Part shown: in pieces, positions 12,781 through 24,789 of the stretch
Position numbering within the stretch: the stretch's first letter is position 1
How the letters are laid out: each line of letters starts with the position of its first letter
NCBI GenBank assembly: GCA_910592345.1
Contig: CAJVPI010000095.1
Span: forward strand, 1 to 55,191
DNA length: 55,191 bases
Origin: Paraglomus brasilianum
Lineage: Eukaryota
Reading direction: 5' to 3'
The notes under the pieces: generated by a model
What the model saw: the letters and a program-made list of their open reading frames with translations, nothing else
The model's database searches: none
Told to the model about the DNA's origin: nothing
Made by a program: the position numbers and the translations under genes

Positions 12781-14319
12781 TCAGCAAACGACATGAGGCT
12801 GCACATCTCTTGCGAAAGGACGAATGCACAATTATTACATTAGAAAACGGAGCCATAATATTTCGTTTGCTTTATTCGGGAGATGTTTGTTTTCATTCGT
12901 TACCTCAGGACCGGGAAGGCGTTTATCTTTCTGCACGCGGGGCTTATTGGATTATAGATTAGCGTCATGGGAAACAGATCTCCTTTTTTATATGAATTAG
13001 TTCATTCTTATACCGCTCATGGGGATCGGATGTGGAGCAGGATGGGCTTTTGTAGTAAAAATTATGAAGTTGCTGGACATGTTAACATGCAAAGGATTGG
13101 CGTATATTCAAAAAGGTTGAGTCTTTGTAACCATGCGGGCTCGGATATCAAGGGCGTGTTTTTATTGGGACCTTGGAACCTTTAATGGTAGTTTCATAGT
13201 GAAAAAGTTCATAATTCGTGATCTATGGCGAAGGAGTGCGAATATGTAAACGCGATCTCCTTTGTCATTCAGTGAGACTTGTGTAGTATTGTTTCACGGA
13301 ACCAATTTTGCATCTTGTGAAAGGGAAAAAGGCTTCTTGCTGGTGATTAAGCCACCGGTTATGTCTGGGCTTGCTACGGATAACGACTTTGCTATAGGAT
13401 GAGATGATCATGCTGATTATGGTCTGACGTTGTCCTCGTAATAACAGTAGAGGTTTATGAGAGCTTTCAGTCGGCAATCTTAATCCACTGAACAAAAAAA
13501 AGTTAATAGTTATATAGTCATGCCGTCTTTGTTCTCGATTTACGATAACCTGTGGCTTCAAACAGGTCTAATGGTAGTAAATGCTTTTAGTTACTGTCTG
13601 CCTTATATTAGTAAGCCTGAATATGGAACAAACGTAACAGGAGCGGGATAACTCGTCAACACAATTGAAGACTAAGATGATGCACACAATTAGATGATCA
13701 TGTGGTTGAGTTGGAGTATTAACAGGTAAATGTGTTCAATGTTGGAGAAATCAATTTTTGACTAGAAGACATGCAAAATAGATAAAATAGATAGTGGTAA
13801 GGTTTGAAAGGCTTTGTTACATCACAAACAGATAGCAATTGGTAAATGTACAGGCACTTTGCATAGAAAACAGAAGACTGTTGTAGATAGAACTGATTAC
13901 TAGACAGCCTTCTTCCTTACATGAGAGGAATTGTCATTTTTAACTATAGTCTTGAAGGTAGACGCTTATTTTTAATAGTATTATCAGTAAGCAGTGAAGA
14001 TATCCAAGCTAAATTAATCTTTTTCTTTTAGCCATATAGGATGATAATTGTAGAATCTTCCTACACCTCAATAATAAAAATTTTTTCGTTTTAAATGTCC
14101 AAACTTATTGACACTAATGTTAAGAGCAGTTTGTTTCAACTATCTTAAATTCTCTGAAATAATCATGTTTCAGGTTTTTTGAAGCAACGGTCGCTTAAAA
14201 CGATTCATAATGCATAGATTCAATTTCATTGGTGATACTTTCTTTATTGATGAAAAGTCTAGAGACGTTTATGTAATGGAAATAAATAGGTAATTTACAT
14301 ATTATCAATCTAATGTCAT

Positions 14320-15821
14320 TTAGGCAATCTTCATTTTCTGCCTCTGCGCAATTTTGGCCTAAAAATTATACAGGAAATACAGTCAGCATGTATGCAAGTA
14401 TAGAAATCGTAAATAACACTTCGTTTGAACGCGGCCCTCCTTGATACTTAACCTTAATAGCATCACCACCAAATACCATGCAGACAGTCTGCCATACACC
14501 AAGGCCAATTCTGGGCGTAACCCCACGATAGAAACCCTTCAGGCCATTGTTCTTGTAGATATACTTGGCACAAGTAATAATTGACATTTTCTCTGGACGC
14601 CCCGCAGCCTTTACTTGCGATTGCATTTCAACACGGATGACTTCAATAGGCTGATTGTTAACGTATTCAGAACGTATAAATGGGCCATACATTGCAAATC
14701 AACAAACAGAAGTTTCAGGAATATTCCCTCCCTCTCATCATGTACTAACCTGATTCCAACATGATAAGCCACCACCAAGAGCACTAGCGATAATCTTCTG
14801 GAAGGGCGACAATGGTCTCGAGAAATCAGGCGTCTCGCCATCTCTAATCCTTCTAATTAGAGTCTCGCTCAATCTCGTCAAACCGAATCTACTAGCCCAA
14901 TTTGTACATTGTCTAACCGCTACTGCATTAACACCTTTGTTAATCCCGCGGATACCTTCTCGTTTAAGAATCTCCCTAGCGATCTTAATTGTGGATACCT
15001 GTTTTCCAGCGGGGGCTTTATGACGGGTTACTTCGACCGTCTTCATAAAGGTACAGAATCCCATTGTAGTGTACGCTTGGGCTAGACCACCGCCCATTCC
15101 GCCTATAATACCGGCCTAAGTTGAAAAAGTATCGGTTGGGGGAAATGCGAAAAGGGGAAAGGATTGGGCGAATAGATGATATAAGATTTGATCGAGAGAA
15201 AGTCATTGAAATAATGAAATACAACCATAAAAGGTGACGACCCAGCGACTCTTGCTTTGTATTCAATTTCACTTGCAGTAAAAATCAAAACAGCACCCTA
15301 TATTTTAATCGATGAATTAGTATACGATGTTCTTAAACAATGTTGTCATTGGAAATTGGACAAGTGATCTTATAGGCGCTATCTCACTTTCGTGCACGCT
15401 TCAATCCAAGCCCAGGGAATCAATCCCTGATAGAATCCAAGAATTCCTCCACGCTGATAGGTTTTCTTCGCAGCAACAAAAATGCTATCATTTCGATTTG
15501 CTGCCAAGTGTGTCTTTAATACTTCAAAAGGCTGACCGAGAGTTGACACTTCGAACATGTTCAATCCTTCAAAGATATCGAAAAATAAAATACAAAAAGG
15601 ATCAATAAACGTTCATGGCTTATGGTCATTGCGGATGTATCTCAAAAAAAAAAAGTGGTTGTTCATATCTCAATTTTGTCATTTAAGAAAAAATCGATAA
15701 GCGAAAGAGAAAAAAAGAAAGAGAGATGATTCTTACCAGCCCCAACTGCTAAATTAACCCAGCTGATAGGCTTTTTCTCAAGTTTGTCACCAGCAGACGT
15801 GGCTCCAACATCAATACCCAT
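14320..15821 (-). CDS. YHM2: Mitochondrial citrate/2-oxoglutarate carrier (Yhm2), multi-exon
   Basis: [120 protein letters not shown]. Confidence 0.93.
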
Positions 15822-16122
15822 TATCAATGCAAAAGTCTTGGTTTAGTATTGAAGGATGGAGATGAAAGAATTAAGATCAAAATTCTGTGTGCGGCTAGAC
15901 TAATTAGGCGGAGTGAATTATCTGACGTCAACCTAATTAGTTTTATCAGATCGTCAGCTGACTTTCACGACATATTAATATGGCTTCACAGAATATCCAA
16001 TCGGGATTTTCCTCATGGGGAGTCCCGATGGGTTAAAATTAAAAATAAAATTGATTCAAACGGTTCTTGTCACTGTTGCTTACATCTTCAGCAAGCAACT
16101 TTGTTATTAACAGCTAGCAAAT

Positions 16123-16778
16123 ATGACCGACGTGACCTTGAGGATAGGCGTACTGGCCGCTAGAGACTTGGCCATAGCGTAAGTAATCCCAAAGATGAGA
16201 ATAGGACTTGCTTAAGCTACACGTATATTGTAGCTTTTTTCTCTCTCGCTCATCTCGCAGTATTCGTGGCCATTGGTCGTTTCTTCGGATTATAGTCTAA
16301 TTTTCCTATCATCTCTTGTTTCGTACCTAATACTAGAGACAAAAATGGGTTTTCCGATCCGTACGTTATTGTCCGTGTGGGCAAATCAAAATATCAAACA
16401 CCGGTCATTTCCAAGAATCTCAATCCCGTTTGGAATCAAGTCTTTGACCACAGACTATCCTCCACAAATATACCAGTCGCCATCACCGCCACCGTTTGGG
16501 ATGATGATAGTTTTGGTCGAGACTTTCTTGGTGAAGTTACTATTCCTATGAGACGGTTGTTCGACCGAAATAGCGGTGGAGGCAATGATGGCATACCACG
16601 ACAGTACGATGATCCTAGGAATCTCCCGGCTGCTTACACGTTGCAGAAGAAGACAGCGAAAAGTAACGTTAAGGGAGACATCGTGTTGAAATTTGGGTTT
16701 AGCAATACTCCCGATAGGAGTGATGACGATTGGATATATTTTTGGGAACAGTATACAAGCCAGGCTGGGGCCGTCTAA
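16123..16778 (+). CDS. Stand-alone C2-domain protein (2 exons)
   Basis: MTDVTLRIGVLAARDLAI-ADKNGFSDPYVIVRVG..TPVISKNLNPVWNQ..TVWDDDSFGRDFLGEVTIP, with the Ca-binding Asp residues present. One GTAAGT..CTAAT..TAG intron. Confidence 0.88.
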
Positions 16779-18941
16779 GTAATAGAGATAATAGGGTTCG
16801 TAGCTATCAAGGTTTGTTTAGCTGTGACTTCGGTTGGATTGATCGTGATGAACAGGAGGCAGTCCATGAGTTATGTCGACATTATTGTTTAGAGTCAAAG
16901 ATTTTTTATTTAATTACAAAGATATAATACCTTATCATTAAAACGACCTTGCTACATTTGATTGAATAAGGAAAGTTTTGTTTTATTGAGTGAGGAAAGC
17001 ATTGCTTCGTAGCCGAAGATGCACAGATAATGTCCAGGTTAGAGGGATTGCATACCCGAAAAGTTTGCTGATCCAGCAAACAAAATGAAACGACGCTTGC
17101 GATGCGGTCTTTATCAATTCTATATACAAAAACATCATATACTCGATCACCGAAATCTCGCGTTCTCGATTTTATATTTCTGAATTTATTGAATATGATT
17201 TAAGCTATTACATGATGCATGTCAGTAGAACGGCCTACATTTAGTCTTTATGCTACATCCTAACAATTACGCAAGGATTTTAGCTCATAAATCGATGGAT
17301 AAATGGGGGATCTTTCTAGATAGCGATTTGGGTTAATCACACAACTTTTAATTGGCGCAGTAGTTCTGAATCCATTAACAACAGTTTTATTGGGATAGCC
17401 TTTTGCATTCGTTAATGTCTTGAATTTTCAATGCGGCACATCTGGCGTTCAGCGTACATGTAACAATCATGAGACGAGATATCTCAAGGTCGATGTTGCT
17501 GTTTCTGTTTCTCTGCAATATAAGACATCATACTAATACTTTGTTCCATAATCTGGGAGTAGATGTTGGAATATTGGCCAATAGTTTTGCTTTGCCGCAT
17601 ATCGTGGTAACAGTGTAGCACGAGTTTCCCAAACTTCACATGAAACATAAATAAACAATCAATAATAGCGTCGGCGCCTTGCTTACTATTAATTTTCCTT
17701 ATTTGTGAACAAAGTTGAACATGTACGCTGAAGTATCCGTCAACAAAACTATAAACCAATGCGTTGATTGTCAATGGAAATATTAATATGGTTTAATAAC
17801 AGAAATCACATTGAGATCTTAAAGCCAGTCGATATACCCGCAACAATTTAGCCATAATGATATGTGCTTTTAAACTTTAGCGTTTTGTCACAGTTACGGT
17901 TAGGGGTAATAATACATCGAACAGTTTCCGACAAAGTTAATAATGCTCTTTATCTATGAGAATGGACTCAAACTGGAGCTACTGAATCGCTACCTACTAT
18001 AATGTTAAATCAGGAAAATTAGTCGGGCTGCTCTGAGTCTACTTTTATAATTGCATCCTTCTTTTACTTCCCTGAGTGAGACACTGATGAACCGTAATAC
18101 TTTTTAATTCTCAAGCCGATACCGATCCCTCATTCAGCCAACGCGCTCGAAAGTGCCCGTTGACTGACACTAAGTATTAAATTAAATGGATGATAACAAT
18201 TTATGCTCTTTGTGAAAGAAAAATATGGAGTAAATTGCTGTTTTAGAACCATCATGCGTTTTGACTTTCGCAGATTGCCTCGTGACAGGAACATAAATGT
18301 ATGGAAAGGGGATGATTAGAAAAAGAGAGGATAATAGATGAAATGAGGAAATTGAGATAGGTTATGAGCAAAGTAGTTTGATGGTGTTGACAGATAAAAT
18401 TGTAGCAATATAATGATAAATAATAGTGAGCAAAGTGCAACAAAAAAGCAATGTGAATGCATATAACGTATTCAATAAAAAAAAAAAAGTCATGCAATAA
18501 ATAGTGGAAATGAGCCGCAACAAAGAAAGCAGTGTGAGAAAAGTACTATTAAAGCTGTACTAACAAGCTCTAAGTTCCAAGTTTGGGACTGTGCTATGGT
18601 GTCGCGAGTTGTCATAAACTCTACTTATGTATGCTGTCTACTTTACACCCCAACAAAACGGTTGCAAGATGTTCCCTCCTCTCTCACACTAACACCCTCC
18701 TCACGAAGTCATTACACCCCCTATAAGTAAAATTTTTGATCGTGAATAAGCACCCCCAAGATTACCTAGATTAACTGCATGACGTGCCCCCAACCCACAG
18801 TTTATTACGTAAGTATACAAATCAAAATTTTTTATTTCACAATAATAGTACGCTTCCGGTTACTGCTATTACTGTTAAAAGCTGCCCCTTAACATTGTTG
18901 TGGATTATACTTTACGTAATGATTTACCAATCATTTTAATA

Positions 18942-19415
18942 ATGCCAATAATAATAAGAGTTGACGATCCTAGCACCCCTCACTATGATGGGAGTGGGTG
19001 CTCATTCACGGTAGTATACGGTACTTGTTGGCTTTACTTCCACCACAAGACTCACAATCAAGTCCAAACTATAACTCAAACGCTTTTTCAAGCGATAAAC
19101 CAAAGACGATTAAATCAAAATACCAGCTGCTCATTGAGCGAAAATATTTATCAACTTGTGGGAAAGTCTAACAAGTTACTTGATAGACTTTTTGAGCTGG
19201 ACTCAGTCGTATTTAACAAAACGGTTATAAAATACCACAAAGTGCACGGAAGAAAAAGCATTATCTCTTTTATTCTAAAAGGCCTTCAACAAAAATTCTC
19301 GAGAAAAACGATCAAAGCGCTTAAAAATTGGATAGATAAAGAAAAGGAGAAGGGAAATGTAGACGTTAATAGTATTTATAATAATATACTGTACGTATGG
19401 CATAGATTTCGCTAG
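18942..19415 (+). CDS. Intronless hypothetical ORF, 157 aa (MPIIIRVDD...)
   Basis: A long open frame in AT-rich DNA with an ATG in an A-rich context. No recognisable motif. Confidence 0.4.
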   Translation: MPIIIRVDDPSTPHYDGSGCSFTVVYGTCWLYFHHKTHNQVQTITQTLFQAINQRRLNQNTSCSLSENIYQLVGKSNKLLDRLFELDSVVFNKTVIKYHKVHGRKSIISFILKGLQQKFSRKTIKALKNWIDKEKEKGNVDVNSIYNNILYVWHRFR

Positions 19416-19836
19416 CGCAACCATCAATGGCTTTGGGTCCGAGTATTTCCTCCCATGCAGGAATCTTTGATATACTTTGTTTTTTAAAGAATAATAAAAT
19501 CATATGACGAAACACGTGTATGAATTATTGTAAATAGCCTGAATATTCAAAAATAAAAAACAAAGTTCGCAAATTTTCCCAACTTGATGAAAAAACAAGG
19601 TCTCCATTCATATCAATGTGCCGTCATATAGACTACAAATCACAAGAATAGCGTTCGCTGATGGAGATTGTTCCGTTTAAGAAAAGAAGTTTTACTTTTT
19701 ACATACAATTGTTATTACGTGGTGCGATCACTCTAAATGAGAGTCTTTGTAGTTTGTAATGCAATTTCTGCGCGTTGATTTCCATTGGTCACATTCTGCA
19801 TACAGGGAACAATAGTTACGTTCCTAAAATACGTCA

Positions 19837-21480
19837 TTGATTAAGCCACTGATTAGCAATAGTATATTAGATCGCATCGCGCAGCCTTTTAGCAGTACTA
19901 CACCTTTTCGTTTAGAATTTCACTTTTTCGATCAAACCACTGTTGCTCAGTATTTGCAAACCTTTGTTGATGCTGGCAAGGCAAGCTCAGAGCAAGCAAC
20001 CGCCGTTAATGACATATTACTCAGAATTGGTTGAATACACTGGGCGACGTCAAGAATTTTACTGCTACAGAGTTGGGAAATCTGAATATACCTGCAGGTC
20101 TAGTCAAAGATTTAGAGGCAAAAAATTTTCTCAAACCAGAAGCAGGTAACAACTTTGTGACTCGGGCGTTGGGGACATAGTAATAGAGTAGTGTGTAATG
20201 TAGGGTATAGTAGACATAATAATATGGTCTTGTATATCATGAAATTTATCAGGAGAATGTTGTTGCTAGAGTTAACTTTGTACTTTCTGCATTATATTAT
20301 GTGTGTTCTTTTCCTTTCTAGTCTTTCTAAGTCAAGATCATATCAAGGGCAAAGAGCAAGGTAAATACCATAACTGCAGTTCACATATCATTAATCTATA
20401 CTGCTTTCTCTGCAGTAATTTCATCTTAAACTATTAACTTGTGCCTTATTATTATTAGTGTTAGCATGCAGACCCAAAAAGAGGGCAGAAGTAGAATGTA
20501 AGACTATATGAAGTTGGTGTTACTATCCGAGATTAATCATCCACAAGATAATAACAACATGTGAGTTGTAAACCCTTCAATAAGTACAACTTTATCACTG
20601 AATATGAACTACATATGCATGTTAAAACTCATTTTAACTCTATCTAAAGACAGGCATGCAATAAATGAGGGAGGGTTATAAGATCCCACAACTAAGGTAG
20701 AAAAGAGGGTAGCTATAGATTTTGGAGATGTAATGGAAGAGGAGGTATAGGTATTATAGGAGTGGGAAGAGGAGGAGGAGAGAGGAGAGAAGAGATGCAA
20801 GCTATAGAAGGCCAAGGGGCCTTAGGAGAAGAGGATAGATGGAGAGATCTATAGCTAAGAACAAGATGGAGAAGAGATTTGAGTGAATCACATGAAGAGG
20901 GAACTGGGGAAGAACCAAAAGTGCATGATGTATAGTCCTTCCATATAGAGAATATAGCCACTGATTGAAGAAGTCAGCCAATTTTTTTAAAGTGAGGTTG
21001 AGAGGAGGAGATGAAATTAATGGGAGATGGATGAGAGTTGTAAACCCTTCACATCACTGTTTCTTCACTAACTTTTTGATCTTTTTCTTAGTCACTATCA
21101 CAAAACCAAAGAAATGGTGAATGCTGCAATGCATCCATCTGAACGGATCTTTCATTATTTTGTGGACCCAGCAGAACAAAATGCTCCATTGATTGAGCAA
21201 ATTCAGAGTGGTCACTTCATATTGTTATATGGGACAAGGGCTTCAGGAAAATCTACAAGGGTGCATAGAGTTGTTCAACAATTGAAACATGAGTTTATTG
21301 GCATCCAGTAAGGTTTTTACTTGTTTGAGCATATTAATATACAATATAAATGGTGTCTGTTACACTCTATTACTATGTTCTAATTACTGTTGTTATTTTT
21401 TCTTTCATAATAGCATATCTTTTGAGCATATGGGCAAAATGGCAGTTATTGAACAGCTTCTCTCCAAGCACTTTTGCAAT
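19837..21480 (+). pseudogene. Decayed multi-exon AAA/P-loop ATPase gene (Crinkler-associated type)
   Basis: Exon 21092-21308 has RIFHYFVDP..GHFILLYGTRASGKSTR (Walker A). Flanking exons have GT-AG boundaries but contain stops, and the region is strongly CpG-depleted. Confidence 0.6.
20580..21034. mobile_element. 455-bp insertion flanked by a 17-bp target-site duplication (probable 5'-truncated non-LTR retroelement)
   Basis: GAGTTGTAAACCCTTCA at 20563-20579 and 21035-21051. Removing the insert restores a normal short intron GTGAGT..CACTAAC..TTAG. Confidence 0.75.
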
Positions 21481-22423
21481 CCACTCTATCATTGCTATTG
21501 GGACATTCAGTATCTGGTATATTGACTATAGTATATAGGTCACCTTTTAATATTATAAACTCATTCCAGAACCCATACCTTATTTTGAACCAAATAGTGT
21601 TATGACAAGCCAGTCTGCTGATGCAGTTGAGCATGTCAGGTGATAGTCACTCCCTATTGGTATCAAAATTGCTCACATATCCATCCACTCTGGCTTTTGT
21701 CCTCCGACCAATTGCTTATTTCAGTTACGGCCATGTTCATTTTCTTTCCCGTGTAGCCGCAGGCAATTTTTTTTTTTGCTCACAAGGGGCACGCCTACGT
21801 CGGGCCCGCTGGCGGCACGGTGAGGTATCCCTCCACTCCAAACTCTCTTTCACACATGTTTCACACCTGTCATTTTGCATCAAATCTTTGGTATTAGTAT
21901 CTTTCCTCACATATCTCCCTCTTAATATCACATCTTTCCTCCCCATCTTCTATCATCCACTCACATCTCTCTTCAAATATTAAGCATATTGCTCATTTAA
22001 TTCAATCAGCAGTCCTATGGACCATCTGGACCTCATACACCTCAACATCTTTTGGTTCATTTGACCCCTCCTCTATTTCAGATTCTTCCTCTCATATAAA
22101 ATTATTACTCCATACTTACCTTGGCTTCTTATAATCATACATCCATCTCTGTAAACATATAAACACTTTATAACACATATATATTAATATAACAATTAAT
22201 AACATTTTATCATAATTAGTAATCATATCCAAATTTTCATCCCATACTAAATAAAGACCTCGAAAACTCAGTTGCATTTGACGCGACGTGAATTGTACAT
22301 GTGTAACTTGCCCAAAATAAATCCAGATGTCAGAGTTTTAGTCCGATTTTTTTGCAAACCCCTGTATAAAGACTATCCATCTCCAATCTATCGCTTCAGT
22401 CTATTAACAATAATACAATCCCC

Positions 22424-23226
22424 ATGGATCCTAATATAAGTAACTCGATAATAGACACTCTAAACGTAGATGCTCTTGCACGAATACTGCTCGATTTTCG
22501 AGCATCAAAATATTATAACATGAGGTTGAGTGCGGAGGCGGATAGAATTTAATGAAAACAGTCGTTATGAGGTGTTATTCGAGGAGTGTATTCGCGGCTA
22601 AAAGTATGTAATAGGGAATGTCTACGTCTAGAAAGGGAGATTAGAGCTTTGAATATGCTAATCAAAGCAAAGCAATTCGCTTTGCAGAAAGCGAAAAGAC
22701 AAGTTGTAACAGCAGCACCACCATCACCACCATCACCACCATCGACATATAGTGTCATCAGAAAGGCTTATCTACCAACTCGATGGAGCAGCGCCAGTTG
22801 TTAGCACTGGCAAGATTAACGAGAATTAAAACCAAATTATATACGCCACCCCCGGTCCCAAACGTTACTGTTGCGAGAACATTATTCAAACGAGCCTGCA
22901 AAGTGTTGTCGTCGGGGAAAAAAATGTCAGAAAAATATCTGGCTGCCGCTGACGCACATGCTGCCAGCAATTATGCAGAAGATGCCGACTATTCGCTGGA
23001 GCTACAACGGGAAGACTTAGCCAGTAAAACACCAATTGCCTCATATCAAGCGGTGTTTAAGCGTAAGGCGCAATTCAAAAAGGTGTCTGAAGTGCTCGAG
23101 CTTTGCGGCACAGAATTGCCCGCCTCCCTCCTCCCCGTTCGCTGCTGGTACGAACCACAGATTGCTGCGAGTGAGGCATTGACTTTTTTGAAAGATTCGT
23201 TAGAAGGAGCCGAGATAATTCGTTAG
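22424..23226 (+). pseudogene. Intronless hypothetical gene disrupted by three stops and one frameshift
   Basis: TATAAA near 22365 and ATG at 22424. In-frame TAA/TGA/TGA at 22550, 22553 and 22568. The frame continues as ORF 22586-22804 and then shifts to ORF 22783-23226. Confidence 0.6.
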
Positions 23227-23531
23227 AAATCACCAACTCCCGGAATAATAACAGTCGGAAGAACCAACTTTTTTAGTTTGTGCACTTTTGTGCGCATCTA
23301 TACTATGTATGTTTTTACATATACTATATGCTATATTAATATGTTAATAAAAAGCCTAGCAATGCTTCATTGTCAGCACAAAAATCAAACTCGATTTTAC
23401 GTTGATGGCATTTTATGACATACATAATATTAAGTACGATTTCTTGATTTTTTGAAAACGCGAAATCAGTTTTCGTCACTAATCCAACAACCAAGAATCC
23501 AATGCTCATGAAATTCACATATTTGTTAATG

Positions 23532-23905
23532 AACCAAGAATCCACATATAACTTATATTTTTGTTAACCATAACGATTGTCGAGGTATATACCAAAAATT
23601 GACACAGAATATTAAGTATGATTTAAATTTCGATATACCGATTCGCTTGATTATTCGAAGACGCAAAATCGATTTTCGTCATAATCCGGAATAGCGCAAC
23701 AACCAAGAATCTAATGCTCATATAACTTATATTTTGTTAACCATAACGATTGTCGAGGTATATACCAAAAATTGACATATAATATTAAGTATGATTTAAA
23801 TTTCGATATACCGATTTTCGCTTGATTATTCGAAGACGCAAAATCGATTTTTGCCATAATCCGGAATAGCGTAACAACCAAGAATCCAATGCTTGTATAA
23901 CTTAC
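23532..23905. repeat. Tandem repeat, about 170-175-bp unit (2 full copies plus diverged partial flanking copies)
   Basis: Units start at AACCAAGAATC at 23532, 23701 and 23876. Shared core GTTAACCATAACGATTGTCGAGGTATATACCAAAAATTGAC...CGAAGACGCAAAATCGATTTT. Confidence 0.9.
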
Positions 23906-24789
23906 ATGTTTGTTCATTACAGTTATCGTTGACGTGGGTATAAAATATCAATACATGATATTAAGTACGGTTATTATGTGAAATTCATCGATACAACAAT
24001 ACGTCACAAAGTCGCTAGAACGTGATTGAGTAATTATTATCTACACGTATACAGTACCATAGCAATGTCAGTGGAAATGCAAGTGTATTGTTGATAATCC
24101 AGTCCAGATCCTTGAAGCAAACACGAATGTTGGTGGGAATTCCATTGACGGTGTACATCGTAGACGGAGATTTTATTAATTCTTACCAACAGTAGTAGCA
24201 GAAGTGAAAATTGGGATAAGAAACACTCATTTGACTACGAAAGTTGAGTATAGCCATGGCCAGCGTCTAGTTGCAACGGAAGAAACTGTGCGCATCGTAA
24301 GAAGAAACTATAAAATATTACTATATTTGCCGGGTGAAACTTTGTCAACAGATTCTTTGAAAACGAACGCCTATTTTTACATAACGACAAAAAAGAATTT
24401 TGTGAAATGTTCGGTGACTAAAATATACGGTAGTTTTTTAATGGCTATAGCTGTGGCTTATGCACAACTTATGGACTAAAGTTATTATGTATATATAACA
24501 TTAAAATAATATAAAATTAATTATGCACCATATTTATTAACAGTTGAAATGAATTTAATTTAAATTAGAAAATAACCAAATTACTTTCTTGCTATTTATT
24601 ACTTTCAATCAAGGCCATTTTTAGTCTCTTTAACTTCAATTGAGCAATTTGCTGCTGAGAAGTTAGTCAAGATAATTGCTTTTTTTAATTTTCTATTGTT
24701 TTTTTTTTAAATTGTTTATTGTGACGGATGATGCTGTAAAGTTTTAACTTGTCTTACCAACCTCATCAAAAGGCTTATAAATTTTCCAG

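Noticed and set aside
18185..18672. Copia integrase-like scraps (YFTPQQNG; FVKEKYGV)
   Set aside because: Motifs are too short and discontinuous, and no LTRs were found. Could be chance.
23415..23975. Repeated AACCAAGAATC motifs as a possible CRISPR array
   Set aside because: The intervening sequences are near-identical ~170-bp units rather than unique spacers, the context is eukaryotic, and there are no cas genes.
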